Positions 52,613-64,000 are shown, numbered from the stretch's first letter. The stretch: 64,000 nt of DNA from an uncultured Clostridia bacterium (GCA_944391955.1 CALXVG010000004.1:9625-73624), one strand, 5' to 3'. The notes: a model not told the origin generated them from the sequence alone. Made by a program: numbers and translations.

Positions 52613-53881
52613 TTATCTTATAATTATGTCTTCTCTTTTTGGTCCATTACCAATCATTGTTATAGGATAACCAATTTCTTTTTCTATAAATTCAATATAT
52701 TTTTTTGCATTTTCTGGCAAGTCTTCATATTTTTTTATATTACTAATATCACATTTCCAACCTTCTAAATATTCATATATTGGCTTTGCTTTATTTAATT
52801 CCATTGTTGTTGGAAAATCTTTTATAATTTTTCCATCTATCTCATATGCTGTACATACTGGTATTTTATCAAGATAACCTAAAACATCTACTAGAGACAT
52901 TACTACATCTGTTGCTCCCTGAACCATGCAACCATATCTAGTTGCAACTGCATCAAACCATCCAACCCTTCTTGGTCTTCCTGTTTTTGCTCCATATTCT
53001 CCTGCTATATCTCTTAATGTTTTTGCTTCTTCTCCAAACATTTCTGTTGTAAAAGCTCCTGCTCCAACACATGATGAATATGCTTTTGTTATAGCATATA
53101 TCTTTTTTATTTCATATGGTGGAATACCTGCACCAACTGTTCCAAAACCTGCTAGTGGAGATGATGATGTTGTAAATGGATATATTCCATTATCTAAATC
53201 TCTTAGTGTTCCTAATTGTCCTTCTAATATAATTGTTTCATTATTTTTTATTTTATCATTTAAAAGTTTTACAGTATTGCACAAGTATGGTTTTAGTTTA
53301 TCTCTAAATTTAATTAAGTATTCATACATTTCTTCAATATTTATTTGTTTATCTTCTCCATATAATGCTGCTATTGATTTATTTTTTGCTGTTAATATAT
53401 TTGTTAATCTGTTCTTTATATATTCATCATCATATATTTCTGAAACTTGAATCCCTATCTTTGCATATTTGTCAGAATAAAATGGTGCTATACCTGATTT
53501 TGTAGAGCCAAAGCTTGCTTTTCCTAATCTTTCTTCTTCCAGTTCATCTAGTTTAATATGATATGGCATTAATATTTGAACTCTATCTGAAACTACTATA
53601 TTTGGATTTTTCATACCTTTTGATTTAATTTCATCTAGTTCACTAAAGAATGCTTTAATATCAAATGCAACACCTTGCCCTATAACATTTATTACATTTT
53701 CTCTAAATATACCAGATGGCAAAAGATGAAGTGCTGTTTTTCCATATTCATTTACTATTGTATGTCCTGCATTTGCTCCTCCTTGGTATCTAACTACCAC
53801 ATTTGCATCTTTTGACAAAATATCACTCATTTTGCCTTTTCCTTCGTCTCCCCAATTAGCTCCTACTATTGCTATTACCAT
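52613..53881 (-). CDS. purA: Adenylosuccinate synthetase
   Basis: WGDEGKGK, GGANAGHT, TGRPRRVGWFD. Confidence 0.97.
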   Translation of the reverse strand: MVIAIVGANWGDEGKGKMSDILSKDANVVVRYQGGANAGHTIVNEYGKTALHLLPSGIFRENVINVIGQGVAFDIKAFFSELDEIKSKGMKNPNIVVSDRVQILMPYHIKLDELEEERLGKASFGSTKSGIAPFYSDKYAKIGIQVSEIYDDEYIKNRLTNILTAKNKSIAALYGEDKQINIEEMYEYLIKFRDKLKPYLCNTVKLLNDKIKNNETIILEGQLGTLRDLDNGIYPFTTSSSPLAGFGTVGAGIPPYEIKKIYAITKAYSSCVGAGAFTTEMFGEEAKTLRDIAGEYGAKTGRPRRVGWFDAVATRYGCMVQGATDVVMSLVDVLGYLDKIPVCTAYEIDGKIIKDFPTTMELNKAKPIYEYLEGWKCDISNIKKYEDLPENAKKYIEFIEKEIGYPITMIGNGPKREDIIIR

Positions 53882-53979
53882 TTTATTACCTCCAAACAAA
53901 AAAAATAATGTAGAATTTAACTACATTATTATTTTATATCATTTTGTTTTATAAGTAAAATACATTTTTCTTATTCTTG

Positions 53980-54873
53980 TTATAAGTTTTCCTTATCGCT
54001 AATAAATCTCAATAATTCCTCTGATACTCTTGAAATTAATTTTTCTTTTTTTATTATGCATATATGTCTTGGATTAATCTGTTTTTCTACATTTATTTTA
54101 TAGACTTCCTTATTTTTTATTGCCTGTTGAGCAAATTTATCTACAACACAGCCAATTCCAAAATTTCTTTTTGTAAAATCTACAATTAAATCACTTGTAG
54201 CCAATTCATATTTAGGTGCATATTCTATATTGTTAGATTCAAAATATTTATTTATATATTTTCTAGTACTTGTATTTTCTTCTAGGCAAATTCCTGGATA
54301 ACTATTTAATTCTTCTAGTTTTACTTGATTTTCAGATACTTTTTTATATTTTTCACCACATATAAATATATCCTCAATTTGGCACACTTTTATAACCTTA
54401 AATTGATTGTCTACTTTGAATGGTTCGCTTATTAGTCCAAAATCGATTTTATCTTCTTCCAACAATTTTATTGTTTCTGGTGTAGGACAATTTGTGATAC
54501 TAATTTTTATTTTAGGATATTTTTCTTGAAACTGTTCTAAGTATTTAAGCAAATAATATTTAAGGCACATATCACTTGAGCCAATACGTATCTCTCCATT
54601 TTCTAGATTTATATGTTCTTCTAGTTTCTTTTCTCCCAAGCTTATTTTTTCTATAGCTTCTGAAATATATTTATATAACACTTCTCCTTCTTTTGTTAAA
54701 ATTACTCCTTTTTGAGTTCTTATAAATAAATTTGTGTTGATTTTTTCTTCTAATTGCTTTATTATTTGACTTACAGCTGGTTGTGAGATATAGAGTTTAT
54801 GTGCTGCATCTGTTATGTTTTTTGCTTTTGCTACTTCATAAAATACTTTATACCAATCTAAACTAATATTCAT
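53980..54873 (-). CDS. LysR family transcriptional regulator
   Basis: AAHKLYISQPAVSQIIKQLE, LFIR. Confidence 0.93.
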   Translation of the reverse strand: MNISLDWYKVFYEVAKAKNITDAAHKLYISQPAVSQIIKQLEEKINTNLFIRTQKGVILTKEGEVLYKYISEAIEKISLGEKKLEEHINLENGEIRIGSSDMCLKYYLLKYLEQFQEKYPKIKISITNCPTPETIKLLEEDKIDFGLISEPFKVDNQFKVIKVCQIEDIFICGEKYKKVSENQVKLEELNSYPGICLEENTSTRKYINKYFESNNIEYAPKYELATSDLIVDFTKRNFGIGCVVDKFAQQAIKNKEVYKINVEKQINPRHICIIKKEKLISRVSEELLRFISDKENL

Positions 54874-54890
54874 AAAATTGCTCCTTTATA

Positions 54891-56378
54891 TTAATTTTTT
54901 TCTGCAAGCATTTCTTCTATGATATCATGTATTACTTCACGTTCATTATATGGATATTTTACATTCATATACTCAATATATAAATCATTTCCAAGCCCTG
55001 GAAGTACTATTATGTCATCTTTTGTTGCTATTGAAATGGCATATCTTATAGCTTCAGTTCTATTTAATATTATTGTATATTCTCCATTTGTTCTTTTTAA
55101 TCCAACTTCAATATCTTTTAATATTCCCATAGGATCTTCTGTACGAACTTGGTCTGAGGTAAGTATTGTATAGTCTGCTAAATTCCCAGATATTTCTCCC
55201 ATTATTGGACGTTTTGCTTTATCTCTATCTCCTCCTACACCCCATGTACAAATAACTCTTCCTTTAGTATATGGTTTAACCGTTTTTAAAATAGATTCCA
55301 AACTTGCAGGAGTATGAGCATAATCAATCATAATTGTAAGTCCTAATTTGTTTGGAACTAATTCACTTCTTCCAAATACTTTTACATTTTTTAGTGCTTC
55401 TTTTATTTCTTCTGTTGTTACATTGAAATACAAGGCTACACTTATTGCTCCTAATGCATTATATACCATATATTCTCCTGGTATAGAAACTCTAACATCG
55501 TTTTCTGAAGAATTCATACATAACGTAAAGTCTACATATGCATTTGATGGTTTTAAGTTTTTTGCAAATATATCTGCATTTTCATTTTTCATGCTAAATG
55601 TTGTATAATGTTTATCTGGTAAAATCTGTGGAATGTTAGTTGTATATTCATTGTCTAAGTTTATAACTACATTTGGAGTTAGTTTTATAAGTTCCATTTT
55701 TGCATTAAAGTAATCATCCATATCTTTATGTTCCCTTGGGCTTATATGGTCTTCTGTTAAATTTGTGAATAGTGCAACATCAAATTTGCAACCTGTTACT
55801 CTATCTAATTTCATTGCTTGTGAAGACACTTCTATAATTGCTACATCTACATTTTCTTGAACCATTTGTGCTAGAGATTCTTGAATTTTATAGCTTTCTG
55901 GTGTTGTTCTATCTGTTATTTCAAGTTGTTTGTCTCCTATATATATTGCTATACTGCCTATTAATCCTACTTTTAGTCCATGTGCTTCTAGTATTGATTT
56001 AATCATAAATGTTGATGTTGTTTTTCCTTTTGTTCCTGTTACTCCAATTACTTTTAGTTTATGTGAAGGATTATCATTTAAATTGCAACTAGCTATCGCT
56101 AAACTATATCTCATTTTTTCAACTGATACAATTGGAATTTCTTTTGATATCTCTAATATATCTAAATTTACACTACCTTCTACAATTATTGCTACTGCTC
56201 CATTAGAAATTGCTGATTCTATATATTCTATTCCATCTTTGTTATAGCCATTTATAGCAAAGAATAATCCATTTTCTTTAATAACACGAGAATCTGAAGA
56301 TATATTTGTAATTTCAACATTTTTCATGTTTTTGCTATTTTTTATTTCTATGTTTTTTAAAACTTCATTTAATTTCAT
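54891..56378 (-). CDS. murE: UDP-MurNAc-dipeptide amino-acid ligase MurE
   Basis: SDSR, GVTGTKGKTT, TTPES, EVSS, DYAHTP, GGDRD. Confidence 0.92.
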   Translation of the reverse strand: MKLNEVLKNIEIKNSKNMKNVEITNISSDSRVIKENGLFFAINGYNKDGIEYIESAISNGAVAIIVEGSVNLDILEISKEIPIVSVEKMRYSLAIASCNLNDNPSHKLKVIGVTGTKGKTTSTFMIKSILEAHGLKVGLIGSIAIYIGDKQLEITDRTTPESYKIQESLAQMVQENVDVAIIEVSSQAMKLDRVTGCKFDVALFTNLTEDHISPREHKDMDDYFNAKMELIKLTPNVVINLDNEYTTNIPQILPDKHYTTFSMKNENADIFAKNLKPSNAYVDFTLCMNSSENDVRVSIPGEYMVYNALGAISVALYFNVTTEEIKEALKNVKVFGRSELVPNKLGLTIMIDYAHTPASLESILKTVKPYTKGRVICTWGVGGDRDKAKRPIMGEISGNLADYTILTSDQVRTEDPMGILKDIEVGLKRTNGEYTIILNRTEAIRYAISIATKDDIIVLPGLGNDLYIEYMNVKYPYNEREVIHDIIEEMLAEKN

Positions 56379-56527
56379 TTAATCATCTTCTTTCTTCTTT
56401 TTGTGGTTATTATATATCTTTTTTAGCCCTTTGTAAATAAAATGTCGAAAAAATAGGAAATATAGAGTAATTCATTGAAATTTAGATTATTTTTTATTAA
56501 ATTTATAAAAATTTTTTAAAATATGTA

Positions 56528-56556
56528 TTGACAAGTCAGAAAAAATATCTTATAAT
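56528..56556 (+). promoter_or_regulatory. Consensus sigma-A promoter of the tRNA operon
   Basis: TTGACA-17 bp-TATAAT. Confidence 0.9.
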
Positions 56557-56576
56557 AAATTTCGTGCTTGAGAAAT

Positions 56577-56653
56577 GCTCCCTTAGCTCAGTTGGTCAGA
56601 GCAACCGGCTCATAACCGGTGGGTCCAAGGTTCGAATCCTTGAGGGAGCACCA
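56577..56653 (+). tRNA. tRNA with CAT anticodon, most like tRNA-Ile2 (lysidine)
   Basis: GCTCCCT/AGGGAGC acceptor stem, GGCTCATAACC anticodon arm, GGTTCGAATCC, encoded CCA. Confidence 0.9.
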
Positions 56654-56678
56654 AGCATATTATTTATATTTTATTTAT

Positions 56679-56764
56679 GGGTAGGTGGCCGAGTGGCTAA
56701 AGGCGGCAGACTGTAAATCTGTTCTCATTCGAGTACGATGGTTCGAATCCATCCCTGCCCACCA
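56679..56764 (+). tRNA. tRNA-Tyr (GTA)
   Basis: GGGTAGG/CCTGCCC stem, CAGA-CTGTAAA-TCTG arm, long variable arm, CCA. Confidence 0.95.
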
Positions 56765-56765
56765 A

Positions 56766-56810
56766 AATAAACCAGTTCATAACAAAGTTATGGAGTGGTT
56801 TATTTTTTTT
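56766..56810 (+). terminator. Terminator after the tRNAs
   Basis: aaataaacca...cataac-aaa-gttatg...tggtttatttttttt. Confidence 0.75.
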
Positions 56811-56895
56811 GGGGAGGATTCGAAAAGGAGGATAAGAAAAATGTCCGGTGGACATTTTTTCCGACGCGGCTCGCCGAATCCATCCCGGCCCACCA
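56811..56895. repeat. Small palindromic element ending in a copy of the tRNA-Tyr 3' end
   Basis: ggattcg...gaaaaatgtcc-ggt-ggacattttt...cgaatccatcccggcccacca (20/21 to tRNA 3' end). Confidence 0.7.
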
Positions 56896-57153
56896 AGAAG
56901 TAGAGAATGTAGTTCTACTTTATTTTATTGTTTTTTTACAATAAAAATGTGCTTATCCATATAATACATAGATAAGCACAAATTGTTGAATATGCACAAA
57001 ATAACGATATAGCTATTACACAAGCAAATTATAATAGCTACATTAAAAATAAAAATATATACAAACTAAATAAATTATAAATTAAATTTTCTTACTTGTC
57101 AATAAAAAATATAAAATTTATGAAAACAGATAACAAAATTATCAGATGAAAAT

Positions 57154-60100
57154 ATTTATATTCTATTTTATTTATATTACAACGCTGCTCCTGTTCCTCC
57201 TTTGTTTTTCTTTGCATTTATTTATATTCTACTTTATTTATATTACAACTTAAACTTTACAACATTACCTTCACTATCCAAAATATTTATATTCTACTTT
57301 ATTTATATTACAACTAATCCAAGCAAGGTCCAATCCCATTTTCTTTTTAGCATTTATATTCTACTTTATTTATATTACAACAGGAGTTATGGCAAATAGA
57401 TATGATGATGAATGCTTAATTTATATTCTACTTTATTTATATTACAACGCCTATAGCAAGAAAAATCGCAAGTTTTATAAATAATTTATATTCTACTTTA
57501 TTTATATTACAACTTAGCCAATTAAACCACCTCTAACTTACAACCTCCTTTTCATTTATATTCTACTTTATTTATATTACAACAGAGAACTAGAAGACAA
57601 GAGACTAGAAAATGATTAATTTATATTCTACTTTATTTATATTACAACAGAAATAAGTGGAAACAATTCAATAGGATTTGCTTGATTTATATTCTACTTT
57701 ATTTATATTACAACTCATCGTCTTTATATAATTGACTTGCAATATACAAATTTATATTCTACTTTATTTATATTACAACTTATATAATTTTAACCCTTCT
57801 TCATTTAACTTTTCATTTATATTCTACTTTATTTATATTACAACTTTTTATAAAGCCTATAAGCCTGTTTTTTGCTTATATTTATATTCTACTTTATTTA
57901 TATTACAACGAAATGAGCGATATTGAAATTTTAAAATCAATAGAATTTATATTCTACTTTATTTATATTACAACCGGCACAACTAATTATAAAATATGTT
58001 TACCAGCAAAAATTTATATTCTACTTTATTTATATTACAACAAAGAATTTAATGTTAGAACTACAGCTCAAGAGGCAATTTATATTCTACTTTATTTATA
58101 TTACAACAGTTACAAACGCAGAAAACTTTTCAGGAAGTTTAGATTTATATTCTACTTTATTTATATTACAACGTAATGCTTTTGTATATATAGCAAAAGA
58201 TAAAACATTTATATTCTACTTTATTTATATTACAACGCGATTATTTGTGAAATAGATAAAGAATATTACATATTTATATTCTACTTTATTTATATTACAA
58301 CACATTCTTTATGCTTATTTTCAGACATAAAAACAGAATTTATATTCTACTTTATTTATATTACAACAATTGTACTATTTAGTTTTACGATTACCGTAAA
58401 AATATTTATATTCTACTTTATTTATATTACAACGTAATCAACTCATTTTTTTATACAAAAAAAGAGTATTTATATTCTACTTTATTTATATTACAACGTT
58501 ATTTTATTTGTGTTTTGTGCTAGTTGTTTGATATTTATATTCTACTTTATTTATATTACAACTTTTGCATATCACTGTTATAATCTCCCAAATATGTATT
58601 TATATTCTACTTTATTTATATTACAACAAAGATATAATTTTATCAACATTAGCAGGAATAGCATTTATATTCTACTTTATTTATATTACAACAATTCACT
58701 TGGTATTATAGTTGTTTTAACTTCTACATTTATATTCTACTTTATTTATATTACAACAAATGTTGACACTGCAAATTTAAATGGTATGCCAAAATTTATA
58801 TTCTACTTTATTTATATTACAACTGTCTGCAAGTGAAGCATATAAATATTCTCAAATATAATTTATATTCTACTTTATTTATATTACAACGCAACAAGCT
58901 AAAAAAAATTTAGATATATTAACATATTTATATTCTACTTTATTTATATTACAACTCCCCTTACATATGTTTTAGCAATGTCTCTTAAAAAATTTATATT
59001 CTACTTTATTTATATTACAACAATAGATTTAAAAAAATCGCCCTTTCTGTTTTTGAAATTTATATTCTACTTTATTTATATTACAACTATGCAAGTTTAA
59101 GCACGAAAACAAATTTATTAAAAGATTTATATTCTACTTTATTTATATTACAACGGAACTAGTTGAAAGGTCAAACAATATAGACCGTTATTTATATTCT
59201 ACTTTATTTATATTACAACTGTGTAGCTTGTAAAGAATTAAACAGAAGATTTATATTTATATTCTACTTTATTTATATTACAACTTACGGACAATACTAT
59301 TTGTGGAAAATGCAGTAAATGATTTATATTCTACTTTATTTATATTACAACAAGATGTTACAGCGAAAGTGCAAGTCTATATAAGAGATTTATATTCTAC
59401 TTTATTTATATTACAACCAAATACAAAAACTACAGTAGCAACAAATGCAGAAAAATTTATATTCTACTTTATTTATATTACAACGTAGAATTTAAAATAG
59501 CAAAAACAAGTAAGTTGAATTTATATTCTACTTTATTTATATTACAACTATTTCCAGTTCTAATTCTTCTTGTTTAGAATATTTATTTATATTCTACTTT
59601 ATTTATATTACAACGCAACCTTCTTCGTGTAATTTAAGTAGAGCAGAAGCATTTATATTCTACTTTATTTATATTACAACGATAAATATAATAAACAATA
59701 TGAAAACTTTAAAATTATTTATATTCTACTTTATTTATATTACAACCAATATGCCAATTTATCTGCATTACTAATTAAATTATTTATATTCTACTTTATT
59801 TATATTACAACCTTCATCAAAATTATCACCAGTATTTGCATTCTGATATTTATATTCTACTTTATTTATATTACAACAAAATAGTTTAAAGATATATAGA
59901 CATAATCAAAGAATTTATATTCTACTTTATTTATATTACAACAAGGGTTTGAGAGGCATTCGTATATTAGTAGAATATATTTATATTCTACTTTATTTAT
60001 ATTACAACATATGAAATGCCAGAAAAATAAAGGAGTAATACTAATTTATATTCTACTTTATTTATATTACAACAAAGAGGACAAACAAAAGGACACACAA

Positions 60101-61263
60101 CAAGACAATATTTATATTCTACTTTATTTATATTACAACCTATTCTCCCCGTCATACGAATTTTTTTCTTCGTCATTTATATTCTACTTTATTTATATTA
60201 CAACTTGCATAAATACTTTTGCATAATGTTTAAATAATTCATTTATATTCTACTTTATTTATATTACAACATTATACTTTGATTTAATAGATACTGTTTA
60301 TAAGAATTTATATTCTACTTTATTTATATTACAACTTGACAGTTCTTCAATTGTCTTTTTTGTAGGTTCAATATTTATATTCTACTTTATTTATATTACA
60401 ACCCTAGTCCATTGTGAAGAACAATGCAAAATTATTAAAATTTATATTCTACTTTATTTATATTACAACAGTCTTAATGCGAATAATTCCATACTTCCGT
60501 GCAGTATTTATATTCTACTTTATTTATATTACAACGCGCCTGTATTTAAATCCTGTTTTGTGATATTTGTTTGATTTATATTCTACTTTATTTATATTAC
60601 AACTGTGCATTATCAAATACTAGCAATTCAGCAACAATATTTATATTCTACTTTATTTATATTACAACAGAAACAGTTAAAATTGAAAACTTTATAAATT
60701 TAAAATTTATATTCTACTTTATTTATATTACAACGGAAAAGTAAATAGAGCACAATACAGAGCAATAACATTTATATTCTACTTTATTTATATTACAACC
60801 AAGTATGGAGATATGTTCAACATTGCCATGTTTACATTTATATTCTACTTTATTTATATTACAACAAAAAAAGATATGAAACTAGTGTAGAAAATGGTAA
60901 AAGCATTTATATTCTACTTTATTTATATTACAACTCAATAGTTTATAAAAAATAAATTAATGAAAATGGATTTATATTCTACTTTATTTATATTACAACT
61001 TTAGCAGAATGAAAGAATTAGGGTTAAATGAAACTATTTATATTCTACTTTATTTATATTACAACAAAAAAGAAAAGTAAAAAAAGCAATTCAACAATAG
61101 ATTTATATTCTACTTTATTTATATTACAACTCAAAGGCTAGACATAAACAGTCTAGCCTAAATAGGATTTATATTCTACTTTATTTATATTACAACAAAT
61201 TAACAATATATGTACAGTATAAAGCTGTATAGAATTTATATTCTACTTTATTTATATTACAAC
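57154..61263 (-). CRISPR. Type I-B CRISPR array, 63 repeats / 62 spacers; repeat GTTGTAATATAAATAAAGTAGAATATAAAT
   Basis: 30-bp repeat at ~66-bp period, counted manually; degenerate terminal repeat at 57154; leader beside cas2. Confidence 0.98.
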
Positions 61264-61446
61264 TGGTTAGCTTTTTTTGTTGATGTCTTTGGCTTTTTTA
61301 TTATCTAATCTGTCGATTTTTAGTTTTATTAATAATACTTCTAGTATGATTTTTTAATCACTCATACTTTACTTCATTTTATAGTATTTTGTCAACTGTC
61401 TTTCTCCAATATTTTTTACTTTATTTAAAATCGACAGATATATTAA
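61264..61446 (-). promoter_or_regulatory. CRISPR leader with 13-bp inverted repeat
   Basis: AT-rich; atctgtcgatttt (61308-61320) / aaaatcgacagat (61427-61439). Confidence 0.8.
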
Positions 61447-61731
61447 TCATAAAAAATTGCTTGTTTTATCTTCTTCTATTTTTCCTATAAATTCTTTGTC
61501 TAACCATTTTTGATTTCTACTTTTGAACATTATTACACTGTCTTTATCTTTTCTGATATATTCTCCTAATTCAATATTTAACTGTATTGCTTGAGATTCT
61601 AGCAATTCTCCTTCAAATACTGAATTTTGAATATGTATTAAATATTTTTTACATGTTTTAAATACCTTTCTAAGTACTTTTAGTCCTTCTTTTTCTTCTA
61701 AATTAATATCATATACTAATATAACATACAT
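61447..61731 (-). CDS. cas2: CRISPR-associated endonuclease Cas2
   Basis: MYVILVYDI, KKYLIHIQNSVFEG. Confidence 0.96.
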   Translation of the reverse strand: MYVILVYDINLEEKEGLKVLRKVFKTCKKYLIHIQNSVFEGELLESQAIQLNIELGEYIRKDKDSVIMFKSRNQKWLDKEFIGKIEEDKTSNFL

Positions 61732-61732
61732 A

Positions 61733-62725
61733 TTACCACCACATTTTAAATCCTTCATACTCTATTTCTTCTAATAACGTTTTTATTAATTTATATATTT
61801 CTAATCTTATTAAGTATTCATAACTTACTTCTCTGTCTAATTTTTTGTGTTTTATTGTTGTTTGAAGTCTTAAATCTATCTGCTTTGTTATATCTTTTCT
61901 TGCACTATCTTTTATATATAAAAAGTTTAACCCTTTTTCAAAATCTTTTTCTGTAATTTGTTTTTTATTGAGCATTGCAAAAATTAGACGATCTCCTATT
62001 ATTGGTTTAAATATTTCTGCTATATCAAGACATAATGAAAATCTTCTTTCTGATGGTTCATGCAAATAACTTATTGTAGGATTTAGTTGTGTTTTATATA
62101 TTTCACTTAATACTCTAGTATAAATCATTGTGTTGACATATGATATTAATGAATTTATTGCATTATCTGGAGGATTTTTTACCCTCTTTTCAAAAGCAAT
62201 ATCTTGATTTATTATTATATTCCAAGTGCCATAGTAAATCTTTCTTATATTGCCCTCTATCCCCATTAATTCCTGAACATCTTTTGTTAAGGGTATTTGT
62301 GTTCTTAAAAATTCTATTTCTTTCATATAGTTACTTAGGTCTTTTCCTCTATTATTGTAATATGTTAAATTTCTGTATATGTTGTATGATGCCGCTTCTA
62401 TAAATGCTTTTGCGATTTTTAACCTTTTCTCCTTATTGGTATAACTTTCTACCTGTTTTATCAATAATTTTCCTGAAATTAGCGATTCTTTAGGATAATA
62501 TGTTCCCGTATAAAATCCATAATAGTTAAAGAAATGTACATTTATACCATATTGAGCTAAAAAGTTTAATAATGTAGTATTAAAATCGAATTCAGTCATC
62601 ACATATATATCATCTACTCTTTCAACTGGTATTGACTTTTTTGTATTGTCTTTGTATACTATCTCAAGTGTATTATCTTTCCTTTGTATTCTTCCACTTC
62701 TATATAAATAATATGACTGTTTCAT
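61733..62725 (-). CDS. cas1: CRISPR-associated Cas1 (type I-B)
   Basis: RKDNT, HFFNYYG, LMGIEG, NPPDNAINSLISY, LHEP, DIAEIFKP. Confidence 0.97.
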   Translation of the reverse strand: MKQSYYLYRSGRIQRKDNTLEIVYKDNTKKSIPVERVDDIYVMTEFDFNTTLLNFLAQYGINVHFFNYYGFYTGTYYPKESLISGKLLIKQVESYTNKEKRLKIAKAFIEAASYNIYRNLTYYNNRGKDLSNYMKEIEFLRTQIPLTKDVQELMGIEGNIRKIYYGTWNIIINQDIAFEKRVKNPPDNAINSLISYVNTMIYTRVLSEIYKTQLNPTISYLHEPSERRFSLCLDIAEIFKPIIGDRLIFAMLNKKQITEKDFEKGLNFLYIKDSARKDITKQIDLRLQTTIKHKKLDREVSYEYLIRLEIYKLIKTLLEEIEYEGFKMWW

Positions 62726-62740
62726 TATCCACCTCCATTT

Positions 62741-63229
62741 TTAAACATAGCATAAATCGTAATATGCGCATTTTTTACATATTTTTGAATTCATTGTTTT
62801 GGGTATTTTTTCTGTATTGATTATATCATTTATATTTTTTATTACATTTTCTAGTACATTCCTATCATCCTGTGTCAGTACTATTTCCTTACTTTCTCTT
62901 AATAGTGGAAAATCAATTTTGGCTGATATGTTTTTCACTCCTCTTTGTTCTAAATAATACATATAGTATTTTAATTGCCAAATTCCAGCTTCTTCTATAG
63001 ATTTTGTTTTTTTAACTTCGTGTAAAATTGCACCATTTCTAACAAAATCTATATTTATGGTGTCATCTATTAAAATACTATGTTTTTCACGTTTATAGCT
63101 TGTTTCATCTAGTATTTTTCCTATTGATACTAGTTCGCTATTTTGCTCCATGTTTATTGCATTTACAAAATACCATAATTTTCTTTCACAAATAAAGTAG
63201 TAATACACCATAGTTCCTGTAATATTCAT
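62741..63229 (-). CDS. cas4: CRISPR-associated Cas4
   Basis: CERKLW, HEVKKT, WQLKYY, CKKCAYYDLC. Confidence 0.96.
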   Translation of the reverse strand: MNITGTMVYYYFICERKLWYFVNAINMEQNSELVSIGKILDETSYKREKHSILIDDTINIDFVRNGAILHEVKKTKSIEEAGIWQLKYYMYYLEQRGVKNISAKIDFPLLRESKEIVLTQDDRNVLENVIKNINDIINTEKIPKTMNSKICKKCAYYDLCYV

Positions 63230-63247
63230 TTTTTATACACTTCCTTA

Positions 63248-64000
63248 TTAAAAACTACGTTTATCAAAATTTTGGTCATTGTCTTCATTTAAAATTAATC
63301 CTCTTTCTGAATCATATGGTAAATCTATTATAGAGATTTCATTTTTGTCCATATATGGATTTTTTATTATATATTGTGCTCGTTTGCTATATTGTAAAAC
63401 CTTTATGCTTACTGTCAACTTGTTTAGCATTCTTCTTATTTTATGTTTTTCTTTATAATCTTTACATTCGTAGTATTGTCTGAATAATTCAATATTTTCA
63501 TCATATATTGTTTTAGGAATAACTGTTGTATTTGCTATATTTCTTAATAAATTTTGTGCTTTTGATTTATCAACATCATAGTCTATAATATTATCTAATA
63601 CTTCTATACCTGATTTAAAATCTTTATAAAATTGTGTTCCTTCTAACATTTCTTTTGAATACAGTCTATCTACCAATTTAATTTTTGTTTCTTCATCTAA
63701 TAGTTGATTATTATATTTTTCTAAAAGTTCTATACTTTTTTCATGTATTTGTTCATTATATACATTGTTTTTGCCTATTCCTGTTGCATTTTTTATATAT
63801 ATGTATACATTAGGTTCTTTCGTTTTGTATTCTCTTTTTCTATAACATCTTCCCATTCTTTGAAATAAACTGTCTAGTGTTGACATCTCTGTATACAAAT
63901 AATCAAAATCTATATCTAACGATGCTTCTACAATTTGTGTACTTATCCAAATTCCATGGTTTTCTTCTGAATTTGAAAATTTTTTTATTTGCTTTTCTTT
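63248..64000 (-). CDS. cas3: CRISPR-associated helicase Cas3, C-terminal part (5' end outside window)
   Basis: STQIVEASLDIDFD, DSLFQRMGRCYR helicase motifs. Confidence 0.93.
   Translation of the reverse strand, partial: KEKQIKKFSNSEENHGIWISTQIVEASLDIDFDYLYTEMSTLDSLFQRMGRCYRKREYKTKEPNVYIYIKNATGIGKNNVYNEQIHEKSIELLEKYNNQLLDEETKIKLVDRLYSKEMLEGTQFYKDFKSGIEVLDNIIDYDVDKSKAQNLLRNIANTTVIPKTIYDENIELFRQYYECKDYKEKHKIRRMLNKLTVSIKVLQYSKRAQYIIKNPYMDKNEISIIDLPYDSERGLILNEDNDQNFDKRSF

Noticed and set aside
88-56247. Many plus-strand ORFs overlapping minus-strand genes
   Set aside because: Antisense shadows of clear minus-strand genes, rich in F/S/I/L, with no motifs.
56528-56903. ORFs over the tRNA genes
   Set aside because: They overlap two well-formed tRNAs and their promoter.
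59943-59978. Spacer ending in agtagaatat, the reverse complement of part of the repeat
   Set aside because: Only about 10 AT-rich nt; chance. No convincing self-targeting spacer was seen by eye within the window.
57202-60226. Plus-strand ORFs inside the CRISPR array
   Set aside because: Translations of the repeat (FIFYFIYITT / IYILLYLYYN); not genes.

Overview
Very AT-rich Clostridia-like chromosomal segment with almost all genes on the minus strand. It is mostly housekeeping: greA, proS, scpB, ftsH, alr, a FemX-like ligase, cysS, PBP1A, dprA, folD, fbp, uvrB, feoAB, uraA, metK, pflA, rimO, RNase E/G, pth, dusB, rodA, minDE, queA, gltX, acpP, purA and murE. It also holds tRNA-Ile2(CAU), tRNA-Tyr and a type I-B CRISPR locus (63 repeats; cas3 3' end, cas4, cas1, cas2). 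Most striking observation: three otherwise intact genes (dprA twice, rodA, and a secreted HExxH protein) break frame at an in-frame CGG codon. Skipping the C and reading GGN as Gly restores the full reading frame in all four cases. My manual scan found no other in-frame CGG in any minus-strand gene. This suggests CGG is a vacated codon acting as a +1 frameshift or 4-nt Gly signal; sequencing error still has to be excluded. Second highlight: a 7.4-kb RHS toxin-tip/immunity island flanked by a 148-bp duplication of the acpP 3' end and punctuated by 27-bp TAGACA...TGTCTA palindromic sites that lie at gene ends and fragment junctions, like a cassette-capture array with no recombinase in view.
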